64,000 nucleotides of DNA from an uncultured Candidatus Saccharibacteria bacterium (GTDB taxonomy: Bacteria > Patescibacteriota > Minisyncoccia > Phycocordibacterales > UBA3531): contig CAYIAA010000002.1 in the NCBI GenBank assembly GCA_964361405.1, positions 5,299 to 69,298 of the forward strand. Reading direction: 5' to 3'. The notes beneath the pieces were generated by a model. The model had not been told where the DNA came from. It ran no database searches and saw only the letters and a list, made by a program, of their open reading frames with translations. How positions within the stretch are numbered: the stretch's first letter is position 1; every line of letters begins with the position of its first letter. A program made the position numbers and the translations under genes. Below are positions 47,210 to 57,990 of the stretch, piece after piece.

Positions 47210-47432
47210 CAGCAAGCTTTCCAAGCTTTCTCAATTTTTCGATTTCTTTTATGCGCTCAATGCGATTTAAGGCGTAGCGTTTCTTTGCGTAGTCGGATTG
47301 CGGCCGTTCTCTCCGTCGAACTCTCTTTGCGATTTTAAGTATTGACGCTCCTTGAACCCTCCGTGAAAATCGTCGAAGCAGACTTCCGGATGTTTCGTGC
47401 TTGTTTTTCTTGACTTCAATAACAGTAACCAT
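47184..47432 (-). CDS. Ribosomal protein bS21-like
   Basis: IEVKK..ET..SLLRRF.RRV..., small and basic. Confidence 0.7.
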   Translation of the reverse strand: MVTVIEVKKNKHETSGSLLRRFSRRVQGASILKIAKRVRRRERPQSDYAKKRYALNRIERIKEIEKLRKLGKLADVWNRKSH

Positions 47433-47457
47433 GCGACCTACCTTAGCACACCGAGCG

Positions 47458-48852
47458 CTATCGGGCAATTTTTTGTTTGATGTAGTCGGAGAGTCCCGCT
47501 ATAGCCACCGTTTCTTGCGAGCGGGTATCCATATTCCGGATGATGATGGTGTTATCGATCACTTCTTTTTGCCCCAAGATGAGCACCCAGGGGATTCCGA
47601 GGCGCTCCGCCATGGCGAGCTGGACGGAAAGCGTGTCCTTCGAGAGCGACTGCTTTACGGGGACTTTTGCCTGCCGGAGTGATTCAATAATGGGGATACT
47701 TTTCAACTTTGCATCAAAGCCAAGCTGAATGAAAAATGCTCGGGGTTTTTTTACGATGCGCGGAGGGGGAATATTCGCACGGGCTACTTCGAGCACCCGA
47801 TCAACGCCAATCGCTCCCCCGACTGCGGCGATATTTTTCTTACTCCCGAGTGTTCGTGAGAGATAGTCGTAGCGTCCTCCGGAGGCGAGTGCGAGCGGCG
47901 CGGGCCCGCTTGCCGGCGAGGCAGGGACATTCATCTTTTTATCTTCTCCGCCTTCGACTTCGGCAGGAGTGTCTTCAAATATTTCAAAAACCGTGCGGGA
48001 GTAATAATCAAGTCCGCGCACAAGCCGACTGTTTATTTTGTAGGGAATCTCCATGGACTCGAGATATTCAAGTACTTCTTTGAAGTGTTGTTTCGCGGGA
48101 CCGAAGAGGTGATCAATTGCCTCGGGCGCGTCGGCTTTAAAAGGTTCTACGGTCGGATCTTTGGAATCGAGGAGGCGGATGGGGTTTCGCTTCAAGAGTT
48201 CGCGCGCGTGAGTTGAGAGTTTACTTTCGAATTTTCTGAAATAGGTGGTAAGAGCTTTACGGTATACAAGGTGACACTCTTTGTCTCCTAAAGTATTCAG
48301 TTCTACGGTGAGATTCTTAAGCCCCACCTCTCCCAAGATGAGAAGAAGGAGTTTGATAACGAGCGTGTCGGCAATACTTTTTTCGGTGCCGATTACTTCA
48401 AGCCCGAATTGCCGGAGTTCTCGCAAGCGCCCGCGCTGGGGATTTTCATGGCGGAAAAAAGGTCCATAGTAGTAGAGAAGTGTCGGCTGTGGTTGGGATT
48501 GGAGCCCGGTTTCGAGGTATGCCCGCAAGATTGGTGCCGTTCCTTCAGGTCGGAGCACGAGGCGGTCTCCACCCTTTGTTTTCAGGCGGTACATTTCTTT
48601 TTCTATAATGTCCGTATATTCTCCGATTCCGCCGAATACCTCCTCGCGTTCAAGGATAGGAGTCTCGATTGGTTGGAAGCCGTAGTAGAGAGCGACCTCG
48701 GCTGCGCGCTCATAGAATCCTTGGTAGGCGAAAAAGTCGGCGCCGACGATGTCACGCATCCCCTTCGGTGTGCGCGTCTCGAGTGTTTTTTTTTCAACAC
48801 TCGGCGTCTCTTCAGACTCGTTCTCTTGAGGATGTGCTTTCGCTCGCGGCAT
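47458..48852 (-). CDS. hisS: Histidine--tRNA ligase
   Basis: PKGMRD, LRPEGT, FRHENPQRGR, LVRGLDYY, GGRYD. Confidence 0.97.
   Translation of the reverse strand: MPRAKAHPQENESEETPSVEKKTLETRTPKGMRDIVGADFFAYQGFYERAAEVALYYGFQPIETPILEREEVFGGIGEYTDIIEKEMYRLKTKGGDRLVLRPEGTAPILRAYLETGLQSQPQPTLLYYYGPFFRHENPQRGRLRELRQFGLEVIGTEKSIADTLVIKLLLLILGEVGLKNLTVELNTLGDKECHLVYRKALTTYFRKFESKLSTHARELLKRNPIRLLDSKDPTVEPFKADAPEAIDHLFGPAKQHFKEVLEYLESMEIPYKINSRLVRGLDYYSRTVFEIFEDTPAEVEGGEDKKMNVPASPASGPAPLALASGGRYDYLSRTLGSKKNIAAVGGAIGVDRVLEVARANIPPPRIVKKPRAFFIQLGFDAKLKSIPIIESLRQAKVPVKQSLSKDTLSVQLAMAERLGIPWVLILGQKEVIDNTIIIRNMDTRSQETVAIAGLSDYIKQKIAR
47905..47925. repeat. 21-nt palindromic in-frame element in hisS
   Basis: Minus strand CCTGCCTCGCCGGCAAGCGGG encodes PASPASG; resembles the infB element. 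Confidence 0.6.
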
Positions 48853-48857
48853 AGTAC

Positions 48858-49400
48858 TTACTTTTCCACGACTCCAGGGAAGAGTTCGACTCTCGTCAAA
48901 GGAAGAAGGCGCAAGATAACGCGTCCGACGATTAAGTTTTCCGGCACCGGTCCCCATGTGCGGGAATCGGAACTCGCGGATCGATTGTCGCCCATAACAA
49001 AATACTCTTTCGATTCGAGTGACGCGTCGTCCCGCGGGAGGATTGGTTTTGACGGAAGATATGACTCGTCAATTTTTTCGCGTTTGTCATCCACCATGAC
49101 GAAGATGTCGGAGTCTCTGATCTCAAGCACTTCATTCGGGAGTCCGATGATGCGTTTAATGAAAAATTTCGAGTGATCTTTTGGGTAACGAAAAATGACG
49201 ATCTCGCCGCGCGCGGGTTCACGGAAACGGTACGAGAGCTCATCCACAATCAAGTATTCGCCATCTCCGAATGTCGGTACCATTGATTCCCCAGAAACGA
49301 CGAAGGGTTGGGCGATGTAGAGTTTTATCGGTAGCGTGATGGCAAGCGCGATTACGAAGTAGGTGATAAACTCGCGCACATACTTCGAGAGACTATTCAT
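48858..49400 (-). CDS. lepB: Signal peptidase I
   Basis: SGESM.PT, IKRIIG, GDNR..S.DSR.WG. Confidence 0.96.
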   Translation of the reverse strand: MNSLSKYVREFITYFVIALAITLPIKLYIAQPFVVSGESMVPTFGDGEYLIVDELSYRFREPARGEIVIFRYPKDHSKFFIKRIIGLPNEVLEIRDSDIFVMVDDKREKIDESYLPSKPILPRDDASLESKEYFVMGDNRSASSDSRTWGPVPENLIVGRVILRLLPLTRVELFPGVVEK

Positions 49401-49464
49401 GTGCCGACATGGTAGTACAAAATCCCCGTTGGCGCAAGAACACAGCTATGGTATGTTTTTTACT

Positions 49465-50058
49465 ATGCATATTCTCGTCGGCCTGGGGAATCCTGGAGTG
49501 GAGTACGCACTCTCGCGGCACAGTGTTGGACGCGACATGATACTGCGTTTTCTTCGTGCGGAGGGTTTTGATGTGCCGAAAATGGATTCGAAACGTACTG
49601 CGCTCGTCTCGGAAGGAAAACTTTCAAAAGGTGGCGAGAGAGTGACTTTGGTTATTCCAGAGAGTTTCATGAACGACTCGGGTCCCGTCATCAAACGATT
49701 CGTGAAAAATGCGCGGGACCGGAGCCGACTCATCGTACTCCACGACGACCTTGATCTCCCGCTTGGCTCAATAAAAATTTCTTTCGGGCGCGGCAGTGGC
49801 GGACACCGTGGGGTGGAATCTGTCTCGAATGCTCTTAGGAGCAAGGATTTTACCCGCGTTCGCATCGGTATTTCGCCGGAGTTAAAAAAAGGAGGCGTGA
49901 AGAAGCCTTCGGGAGGGGAAAAAACAATCTCTTATGTGCTGGGGAAGTTTTCACCCCGAGAGCGAGCGGCATTGGGGAGAATCACAAAACGAATTCGAGA
50001 AGTCCTTATCTCTCTCGTTTCGGAAGGAACCGAACGCGCGATGAACCGCTTTAACTAG
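49465..50058 (+). CDS. pth: Peptidyl-tRNA hydrolase
   Basis: VGLGNPG, RH.VG, FMN.SG, HDDLD, GGH.G. Confidence 0.95.
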   Translation: MHILVGLGNPGVEYALSRHSVGRDMILRFLRAEGFDVPKMDSKRTALVSEGKLSKGGERVTLVIPESFMNDSGPVIKRFVKNARDRSRLIVLHDDLDLPLGSIKISFGRGSGGHRGVESVSNALRSKDFTRVRIGISPELKKGGVKKPSGGEKTISYVLGKFSPRERAALGRITKRIREVLISLVSEGTERAMNRFN

Positions 50059-50068
50059 ATTCCCCTTA

Positions 50069-51184
50069 CTACTTCACAAGGACGAGCGTCATCCGCTGGT
50101 CTTTGGGTTCGAAGAGTGTAATCGTGAATTCATAGGTTTTGCCAAGCTCGAGAAATTGCTGAAGTTTTTCCGCCGAGGCGAATTCGGAGATATGGATGAG
50201 TCCGGCGACTCCCGCTTCAATCGAGACGAGAGCGCCATAGCGATTATATTTGATGACGACTCCTTTCACGTGGTCGCCTTTCTGGTAACGACTCTCCGCC
50301 ATACCCCACGGATTTTCTTTCAGAGCTTTGATCGAGAGTGAAATTTTATCATCTTTGATTTCGATGATTTTTGCTTCGACGTGATCTCCCACACGGTAGA
50401 GCGTTCGGGGGTTTTCAACGAGCGACCAGTCGATTTCTGAAATGTGGACGAGTCCTTCGAGCCCCTCTTCGATTTTCACGAAGACGCCGAAGTCAACCGC
50501 GCCCGTCACCTCGCCCTCGACACGATCGCCGACATGGTATTTTTCAATGAGACGCTGTTTCCCGACTACATCCCCGTTCTTTTCGGAGAAAATAAGTTTC
50601 CCTTCACCCGGATCTGCGGTAATGATTGAAACATTGAGTTTTACCCCAACGAGTTTTCGCAGTTCTTCAAAAATTTTGTCCTTATCGCCGTCTCCCACGC
50701 GCGGATAGTGTTCGGGTTTTAGTTGGGAAGCTGGCAGAAAACCCGATATACCTTGCCACTCGAGAATAAGCCCTCCTTTATTGGCTTCAAGAACGGGAAG
50801 TTCAAAGAACATTTTTTCTTTGACTGCGGCTTCGGCATCTCCCCAGATAACCGCTTGTTTCGCTTCGCGCAGGGACAACTCAATGTAACCATCCTCGTTT
50901 TCGACGTCGATAATTTTGGCAACGACGGTGTCACTGAGATTTACTTTCTTGATGACGTCGCGCGCGTTTAAGTATTCCCTTCCATAGATTATCCCGGTGC
51001 CGAACGCCCCGAGGTCGATGTACACATGGCGGGAGTCCTTACTGATGACCGTGCCGGTCGCTAAATCACCCTCTTTCGGAGGTGGTACAGTACGTTCGAT
51101 AAACGCCTCCATCCGAGCCGCGACCTTCTCCGACTCATCTAACTGGGCGTCTGGAATAAGGAGTGTTTCGGTCCCCGTACTCAT
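50069..51184 (-). CDS. rpsA: 30S ribosomal protein S1 (4 S1 domains)
   Basis: NKGGL, GFLPASQL, FGVFV..EGLVHISE, SLSIK. Confidence 0.92.
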   Translation of the reverse strand: MSTGTETLLIPDAQLDESEKVAARMEAFIERTVPPPKEGDLATGTVISKDSRHVYIDLGAFGTGIIYGREYLNARDVIKKVNLSDTVVAKIIDVENEDGYIELSLREAKQAVIWGDAEAAVKEKMFFELPVLEANKGGLILEWQGISGFLPASQLKPEHYPRVGDGDKDKIFEELRKLVGVKLNVSIITADPGEGKLIFSEKNGDVVGKQRLIEKYHVGDRVEGEVTGAVDFGVFVKIEEGLEGLVHISEIDWSLVENPRTLYRVGDHVEAKIIEIKDDKISLSIKALKENPWGMAESRYQKGDHVKGVVIKYNRYGALVSIEAGVAGLIHISEFASAEKLQQFLELGKTYEFTITLFEPKDQRMTLVLVK

Positions 51185-51320
51185 TGTGTTCCACCCGCCT
51201 TTTCTCTCTTACGCATAGTGCACTAGAGTATAGCCGCATACTGCCCTTTTGCAAGCGTTTTTCCCGAGCGAGGGCTTAAAAAGCCTTTATTTTCTTGAAT
51301 GAATCGGGTATACTAAAGAA

Positions 51321-51971
51321 GTGGTAATTACCTATTTAGGTAAGGATTTTATACGGATTAATTCAGGCGAGCGGACCCTCGCACTCTCTCCTCGGGCAAG
51401 CGAGGATGGGCGGCGAATAGGGAGTTTCGGGGCGGATATTGCCATGGCTTCGGTGCGTGACCAGGACCATGCGGCTTTTGACCATGTGACGCACGGAAAG
51501 ACAGAACCCTTTACCATTCATGGCCCCGGCGAGTATGAAGTCGGTGGCATTTCGATTATCGGGGTTGCAAGTGATCGTGTGCGCACTTCGGATAATCGCG
51601 AGAGGGTGAATACGGCCTATGTAATCGGGCTTGAGGGTATCCGCCTCTGTCATATAGGACTTCACAGGAAAGCGGGCTTTGATGCCGGGGTAGGTGAGGC
51701 GCTTGGAGGAATTGACGTTCTTTTTATTTCGATTGGTGGAGAGACGGGACTTGATCATACCGGGGCGCAAAAAGTAGTCGCGGCGCTTGAGCCCAAGATG
51801 ATTATTCCGCTCCGCGTTTCCGGGGAGCACGGAGAAAAAGAATTCAAGGCATTTCTGAAAGAGTCGGGTGAGGGGAGTACAGAGGCGGTCGGAAAATTGA
51901 CTTTAAAGAAAAAAGATCTTGAAGGGAAAGATGGGGAGGTCGTTGTGCTCGAGCGCGCCATAGAAGGGTAG
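51321..51971 (+). CDS. Metallo-beta-lactamase-fold protein (degenerate metal site)
   Basis: ITYLG, GPGEYEV.G, IDVLF..GG, EPK.IIP. Confidence 0.75.
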   Translation: MVITYLGKDFIRINSGERTLALSPRASEDGRRIGSFGADIAMASVRDQDHAAFDHVTHGKTEPFTIHGPGEYEVGGISIIGVASDRVRTSDNRERVNTAYVIGLEGIRLCHIGLHRKAGFDAGVGEALGGIDVLFISIGGETGLDHTGAQKVVAALEPKMIIPLRVSGEHGEKEFKAFLKESGEGSTEAVGKLTLKKKDLEGKDGEVVVLERAIEG

Positions 51972-51972
51972 T

Positions 51973-52257
51973 ATGTCTTTTTTTGATTACTTGGAGAAGC
52001 TGCGCGAGCTCCCGGAGTCGACACGGCAGAAGATTCTTTTGCTATCAAGCATTGCGCTTACTCTTTTCATTACGGTAGCTTGGTTCTCGAGCTTCCGACT
52101 TGAGCCGCTTCAAGGTGGAGAAGACATTAAAAGAGAGGAAACACAGGCGAGTCAACCACTAAACTTTTTCGAATCTGTGAGAGGTGTAGTGAGTGACGTC
52201 GCGCACGGATTTGGAGTCATACGGAATCGAGTAAAAAGCGAATTCGAAAAACTATGA
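51973..52257 (+). CDS. Hypothetical single-TM protein
   Basis: LEKLR..PE..R plus TM; coupled to the gyrA start. Confidence 0.7.
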   Translation: MSFFDYLEKLRELPESTRQKILLLSSIALTLFITVAWFSSFRLEPLQGGEDIKREETQASQPLNFFESVRGVVSDVAHGFGVIRNRVKSEFEKL

Positions 52258-54728
52258 AGGATAAGGATAAAGAAGTAAAAAAAGACGAAGGAACCGAGCG
52301 GGTTGTTGTTGTGGACATCGTTCCGGAAATGCGGGAGTCCTATCTCGACTATGCGATGTCGGTTATTGTTTCTCGCGCACTTCCCGATGTCCGAGATGGA
52401 CTTAAACCGGTGCACCGGAGAATTCTCTATGATATGCACGAGCTCGGACTTACTCACACCGCGCGTTTCCGAAAATCAGCCATGGTTGTCGGCGACGTAA
52501 TCGCAAAATATCACCCGCATGGCGAGTCCGCAGTGTACGATTCACTTGTTCGGATGGCACAAGATTTCACGACCCGCTACCCGCTCATTAGCCCGCAAGG
52601 AAACTTCGGCTCTCTTGACGGCGATCCACCGGCGGCTTATCGCTACACGGAAGCGAAACTTTCCCGCATTGCCTCTGAAATGGTACGTGACCTCGAGAAG
52701 GACACGGTTGAGTGGAAACCAAACTATGACAATACCCGCCGCGAGCCGTGGGTACTTCCCGCACTTCTCCCGAATTTATTACTGAACGGTACGCTTGGTA
52801 TTGCCGTTGGCATGGCGACGAAGATTCCACCGCATAATCTCCGCGAAATCGTTGATGCGCTTATCCATCTTGCCGAGCACCCACGCGCCGACACCGAGGA
52901 CTTACTTGCCTATGTCAAAGGGCCGGACTTTCCCACCGGCGGCATTGTGTATAACGCGCGGGATATTCGCCACGCGTATACGCATGGGCGAGGAGGGGTT
53001 GTCGTCCGCGGAGAAGCGGAAATCGTTGAAGATGATAAGGAATCTTCCATTGTTATTACATCAATCCCATATCAGGTCAATAAGGCCGAGCTCATCATGA
53101 AGATGGCCGACCTTGTCAGGGAAAAGAAGATTGACGGAATCAGGGATTTGCGAGACGAGTCCACGAAAGACGTGCGAATTGTCGTCGAGTTAAAGCACGG
53201 TTCATACCCTGAAAAGGTGCTCAACTTCCTCTATAAGCACACTGACCTTGAAACCGTTTTTCATTTCAATATGCTCGCGCTCTCGGGCGGTGTGCCGAAA
53301 CTCCTATCGCTTCGGGATATCCTCGAAGAATTTATCGAGCACCGGCGTTTGGTCGTGACGCGTCAAACGCGCTACGACCTCGCGCGCGCCGAGGAGCGGG
53401 CGCATATCCTCGAGGGGCTTAAAATTGCGCTCGACGACATTGATGCCGTCATTAAGACGATTAAATCATCGCGAGATACGGATGAGGCGAAAAAGAATCT
53501 CATGACCAAGTTCAAACTTTCGGAGATTCAAGCGGTGGCGATTCTTGATATGAAGCTTTCAAAGCTTGCCGGACTTGAACGAAAGCGCGTCGAGGAGGAA
53601 CTCAAAGAAAAAAAAGCGCTTATCAAAGAATTGAAAAGCATATTGGCTGACCCGAAGAAGGTACTGGGAATCGTTATCGAAGGATTTCGGCGTCTCTCCC
53701 GCGAATATGGTGATGAACGAAGGACAAAAGTAGTGACGCATGAGGCGAAGGCGATATCACTCGAAGACACCGTACCGGATGTTGAGAACGTTCTCGTTTT
53801 GACGCAGGGGGGATATGTGAAGCGCACCGACCCGAAGGAGTTCCGTCTTCAGCGTCGTGGCGGAGTCGGTGTGTCGGATCTCTCGACCCGCGAAGAGGAT
53901 TTCGTCCGGATTTTTCTTACGGCAAGCACACACTGCGATCTTCTGTTTTTCACCGACCGTGGCAAAGTTTACCAAATGAAATTCTATGACATTCCGGAAG
54001 GGAAACGTGCAACGCGCGGTAAGGCGATCGTGAATTTTCTCTCGATTGCCGCCGGTGAACGGGTAACGTCTGTGCTTCCCGTTCCTCGCACGTCACGCGG
54101 AGCAAATTCTGCCGCTCTCATGGTGACGCGCCGGGGCGTGGTGAAAAAAGTCCTGATGGAGAGTTTTAAAGACGTGCGGCGGAGCGGTATCATTGCCCTT
54201 TCTCTCGGGTCTGGCGATGAGCTTCTCGCTGTCCGCGTAGTTGAAAAAGGCGATGATGTTTTGCTCGCCACTCGGAATGGTCAATCGATTCGGTTTTCCG
54301 AGTCAAATATCCGGGCGATGGGACGCACGGCGGGAGGTGTTACCGGAATAAAACTCGCTTCATCTGACGCCATTGTGGGCGCGGTGGTCTCACCACACGC
54401 GGACGGTGGAGATGAAACATCTCTCCTTGTGGTGAGCGAACAGGGGTTCGGAAAAAGGACGCGGATAAAAGAATACCGTCTCCAGCGCCGCGGCGGGAGC
54501 GGAGTGAAAACATTTAAGGTGACGACGAAGACCGGAAAAGTGATTGCCGCACGGGCCCTCCGAGGCTCCCTCGGTGAGCTTCTTGCCATATCGAGACAGG
54601 GGGTGGCCATTAAAGTACCGCTCGCGCAAATTCCGCTCCAAGGCCGTCAAACCCAAGGGGTGCGCGTGATGCGGCCGCGTTCCGGGGATGCACTCGCATC
54701 GGTGACCTGTCTTGAAGAAGTTTTATAA
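52254..54728 (+). CDS. gyrA: DNA gyrase subunit A
   Basis: [28 protein letters not shown], GyrA-box QRRGGVG. Confidence 0.98.
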   Translation: MKDKDKEVKKDEGTERVVVVDIVPEMRESYLDYAMSVIVSRALPDVRDGLKPVHRRILYDMHELGLTHTARFRKSAMVVGDVIAKYHPHGESAVYDSLVRMAQDFTTRYPLISPQGNFGSLDGDPPAAYRYTEAKLSRIASEMVRDLEKDTVEWKPNYDNTRREPWVLPALLPNLLLNGTLGIAVGMATKIPPHNLREIVDALIHLAEHPRADTEDLLAYVKGPDFPTGGIVYNARDIRHAYTHGRGGVVVRGEAEIVEDDKESSIVITSIPYQVNKAELIMKMADLVREKKIDGIRDLRDESTKDVRIVVELKHGSYPEKVLNFLYKHTDLETVFHFNMLALSGGVPKLLSLRDILEEFIEHRRLVVTRQTRYDLARAEERAHILEGLKIALDDIDAVIKTIKSSRDTDEAKKNLMTKFKLSEIQAVAILDMKLSKLAGLERKRVEEELKEKKALIKELKSILADPKKVLGIVIEGFRRLSREYGDERRTKVVTHEAKAISLEDTVPDVENVLVLTQGGYVKRTDPKEFRLQRRGGVGVSDLSTREEDFVRIFLTASTHCDLLFFTDRGKVYQMKFYDIPEGKRATRGKAIVNFLSIAAGERVTSVLPVPRTSRGANSAALMVTRRGVVKKVLMESFKDVRRSGIIALSLGSGDELLAVRVVEKGDDVLLATRNGQSIRFSESNIRAMGRTAGGVTGIKLASSDAIVGAVVSPHADGGDETSLLVVSEQGFGKRTRIKEYRLQRRGGSGVKTFKVTTKTGKVIAARALRGSLGELLAISRQGVAIKVPLAQIPLQGRQTQGVRVMRPRSGDALASVTCLEEVL

Positions 54729-54786
54729 TTGCTCTTGGTGTGCAAAAGAGCCTTCTCGGGTGGAGCGCCACGGTATAGAATAGAGT

Positions 54787-55332
54787 ATGCCCTTCAGTGA
54801 CCCAGAGAAGAATATCCGGTATTTGAAACTTGAAGAAGGAATGCGTGTGGCGGACTTCGGGACTGGTTCAGGCGCCTACGTAGCCGCACTCGCAGAGCGA
54901 GTTGGGAATACGGGCAAGGTGTATGCCATTGATATCCAACAAGAGCTTCTCCGCACGCTCGAGCGGAATTTGCGTGAGCAAGAAGTCAAAAATGTTGAAT
55001 TTGTATGGTCGGATCTTGATGAGCCGAGTGGGTCAAAACTTCAAGCTGGATCACAGGGTGCCGTCGTTATTGCAAATCTCCTCTTTCAATCGGAAAATAA
55101 ACTCGGGCTCTTTCGTGAAGCATGGCGTGTGCTTAAGCCCAGCGGAGTGCTCTTGGTAGTCGACTGGAGCGATTCTTTTTCAAACTTGGGGCCGGTGCCC
55201 GAGGCGGTAGTGACTCTCACACAAGCGAAATCGCTCTTGAGCGAAGCGGGATTTACCCCAGAGCGCGAATTTGAGGCAGGAGATCACCACTACGGCATCG
55301 TTTCCCGGAAAGACCGAAAAGAAAAACTATGA
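54787..55332 (+). CDS. Class I SAM-dependent methyltransferase
   Basis: VADFGTGSG, YAIDI, RVLKP.G, VDW. Confidence 0.9.
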   Translation: MPFSDPEKNIRYLKLEEGMRVADFGTGSGAYVAALAERVGNTGKVYAIDIQQELLRTLERNLREQEVKNVEFVWSDLDEPSGSKLQAGSQGAVVIANLLFQSENKLGLFREAWRVLKPSGVLLVVDWSDSFSNLGPVPEAVVTLTQAKSLLSEAGFTPEREFEAGDHHYGIVSRKDRKEKL

Positions 55333-56651
55333 GCGGACTTCAAGTAGGAATGATTATTTTTTTCCTCGCCCTTGCAATTTTAGGCGTCCTTCTTTTTGCC
55401 GGTATCATACCGGGGTTTAGTGGAACGACCTCTTCACGGGAAAGCGCCGTCAAAATTTTGATATGGGGAACATTGCCTCATGAAGATGTTGAAAAAGTAT
55501 CCGATGCCTTTGTGAAGCGCGAGCGCGGTCGGTTTGACATCACCTATGTTGTGCAATCAAGCGAGAATTTGGAAATAAATCTTCTTCGCGCCATCGCAGA
55601 CGGCAGTGCACCGGACATCATTCTTTTTCCTGATGACCTTCTCCTCTCTCTTGAGAACCAGTTTTTTACGATTCCGCCCGAGTCAATGAATGAGCGCGCT
55701 TTCCGCGAACGATTCGCGGAAGCGGGCGAACTTTTTAGTGTTCCTCAAGGAATCCTCGCTCTTCCCATCGCACTTGATCCGGTCGTTATGTACTGGAATC
55801 GTGACATTTTCAAGGAAGTGGGTGTCTTGAAGCCTCCGGAGTATTGGGATGAACTCTTCGATTTTGCGAAGCGTACTTCTGTGAAAGATTCCTCCGGCAA
55901 AGTGCTTTTAAGCGCTGTTTCGCTCGGGGAAACCCGAAACATTACGCACTCAAAAGAAATATTAAGCACACTCTTTATGCAGACGGGGACACCGATTACC
56001 CGTCGTACACCTGCTGGGCGCGTGGTCTCGGAACTTGTACGGCGTGACGAAAACTCACCTGTCACGCCGGCAGAATCTGGACTCGTTTTTTATACAGATT
56101 TTTCGAATCCCGCGAAGCCACACTATTCATGGAACGGTTCATTGCCTCAATCGCGTGATGCCTTTGGCGCGGAACTGCTCGCGATTTATTTTGGACTCGC
56201 GAGCGATCTTGAGACAATTCGGAGTGGGAACCCCCATCTTAATTTCGATGTGACGGAGGTTCCTCAAATCCGAGATGGACGATCAAAATTAACGTGGACA
56301 AAAATATTCGGAGGAGCTGTGCTTAAAAGTTCAAAACAAATTGGCTCCGCTCTCGAAGTGCTCTATGCTTTAACGGACGCCGAAAGCGAAAAACTGTTTT
56401 CTGAAGTGCTTAATCTTCCTCCGGCGCGTCGGGACTTGCTTTCCACTGCGCATCCGGATCCTTACAGTGCTAGTTTCTATCGTTCCGCCGCGTTTGGAAA
56501 GGGATGGCTTGACCCTAACCAAGCACGCACGATGACTATTTTTCAAGATATGGTCGACAAAGTAACCGCTCGACGGATAACACCTTCGGTCGCGGTCTTT
56601 GATGCGGGGGAACAGCTCAGTGAGGCGCTCGAAAGTCTCGACGTACGATGA
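55329..56651 (+). CDS. Family 1 extracellular solute-binding protein (orphan)
   Basis: N-terminal TM, IWGT, G.APDI, ALP...D...MYWN.D.F, PP..W. Confidence 0.85.
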   Translation: MSGLQVGMIIFFLALAILGVLLFAGIIPGFSGTTSSRESAVKILIWGTLPHEDVEKVSDAFVKRERGRFDITYVVQSSENLEINLLRAIADGSAPDIILFPDDLLLSLENQFFTIPPESMNERAFRERFAEAGELFSVPQGILALPIALDPVVMYWNRDIFKEVGVLKPPEYWDELFDFAKRTSVKDSSGKVLLSAVSLGETRNITHSKEILSTLFMQTGTPITRRTPAGRVVSELVRRDENSPVTPAESGLVFYTDFSNPAKPHYSWNGSLPQSRDAFGAELLAIYFGLASDLETIRSGNPHLNFDVTEVPQIRDGRSKLTWTKIFGGAVLKSSKQIGSALEVLYALTDAESEKLFSEVLNLPPARRDLLSTAHPDPYSASFYRSAAFGKGWLDPNQARTMTIFQDMVDKVTARRITPSVAVFDAGEQLSEALESLDVR

Positions 56652-57103
56652 TGCCGCACACGTTTTTCATATCCGCTCTTCTTACTAGTTTCTTTCTCCC
56701 CGTAGTGGCATTTGGAGCGCTTGTTACGTGCGGCACGTCAACAACTGCACCTTGCACAATCTGCGACTTCTATCAGCTCGTAAAGACGCTTACTGATTTT
56801 CTCCTCATCATCATCGTACCGCTTGCGATACTTGCCTTGGCTGTAGGCGGGATTTATTTACTCGCGGCAGGCGGTAGGGAGTCATGGGTGTCGCGCGGCA
56901 AGGAAATTATATGGTCGGCCGTTATCGGGGTATTGATCGCGCTCGTTGCGTGGATTGCAGTGAATACGATTATGTCGCTTTTGATTGATCCTGTTACGTT
57001 CCCCTTGCCGTGGAATCAATTTCCATCGTGTTCTACTGCACCGGGGTCATCAAGCGGCAGTGCGGGTGGTTTCCGTGGCGGTGGCGCAAGCGGCAGTTTT
57101 TAA
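56648..57103 (+). CDS. VirB2/TrbC-like pilin 1 (Cys-containing, Gly-rich tail)
   Basis: C....CTICD, GGIYL..AGG....GK..I..A.IG, tail GGFRGGGASGSF. Confidence 0.8.
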   Translation: MMPHTFFISALLTSFFLPVVAFGALVTCGTSTTAPCTICDFYQLVKTLTDFLLIIIVPLAILALAVGGIYLLAAGGRESWVSRGKEIIWSAVIGVLIALVAWIAVNTIMSLLIDPVTFPLPWNQFPSCSTAPGSSSGSAGGFRGGGASGSF

Positions 57104-57128
57104 CAGCGAATTACATTTCAGACTTCAT

Positions 57129-57545
57129 ATGAAAAACCTTGTCCACAGCTTTAAAAAAACGTTATTTCATAAAGCTTTTTTTTGGTCTATCCTTAGCCTA
57201 GGTGTTCTGGGGATAGAGAAGGCGTATGCAACACATATACCTGGGCATTCGTCTGGGGGGCCAACTCCGCCCTCGACTGGCGACGGACTCACTAACCCGT
57301 TGAGGGCCGACAGTCTTGTTGAACTTCTTGAAGGGTTTGTAGAAGTAATTCTCACTGTTGCCATTCCCATTGCGGCAGTATTCATCATCTACGCCGGACT
57401 TCTCTTTGTGACGGCTGGCGGCAATGAGACCAAGATCGCATCGGCGAAAAAGACGTTTTACTGGACTATTATCGGTGTAACGGTGCTTCTTGGCGCAAGT
57501 ATCATCATTCGAGTGATTACGGAGACCGTGACGGGGCTGAACTAG
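57129..57545 (+). CDS. VirB2/TrbC-like pilin 2
   Basis: LTNPL, IIYAG..FVTAGGN..KI..AK..F.W..IG. Confidence 0.85.
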   Translation: MKNLVHSFKKTLFHKAFFWSILSLGVLGIEKAYATHIPGHSSGGPTPPSTGDGLTNPLRADSLVELLEGFVEVILTVAIPIAAVFIIYAGLLFVTAGGNETKIASAKKTFYWTIIGVTVLLGASIIIRVITETVTGLN

Positions 57546-57620
57546 CCGAACTCGCTTTACCAGAAATAATACAAAGGTCGTTCTTAATTTATTAACAGTT
57601 TAAGTTTGAGGTCGTTCACA

Positions 57621-57983
57621 ATGAATAAACTTGCAAAAGTCGTATCAGGTGGTGTCACTAGCTCCATCCTATTGCCCCTCTTCGCATTTGCGCAGGCGGG
57701 GAGTATAGAGGAGTTATTCGACACGATCTTTAATCTCCTGAACCAGCTCGTCCCTATTCTCATCGCCATTGCGGTTGTGTATTTCATCTGGGGAGTGTTG
57801 CAGTTCGTTACCGCAGGTGCTGACGAGGAAAAAAGGAAGAGCGGACGAAACACAATGATTTTTGGCATTATTGCCATCTTTGTCATTGTATCGGTGTGGG
57901 GATTGGTGAATATTCTCGAGGGAACATTCGGTCTCTCGGAGGAGGGAGCACTTCCGGGTCCAGAATTGCCTTCACCGAGATAA
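57621..57983 (+). CDS. VirB2/TrbC-like pilin 3
   Basis: AFA-Q putative cleavage site, FIWGV.QF...G.DEEK...GR..M.FGII..FVIVSVWGLV. Confidence 0.85.
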   Translation: MNKLAKVVSGGVTSSILLPLFAFAQAGSIEELFDTIFNLLNQLVPILIAIAVVYFIWGVLQFVTAGADEEKRKSGRNTMIFGIIAIFVIVSVWGLVNILEGTFGLSEEGALPGPELPSPR

Positions 57984-57990
57984 GTCTTAC

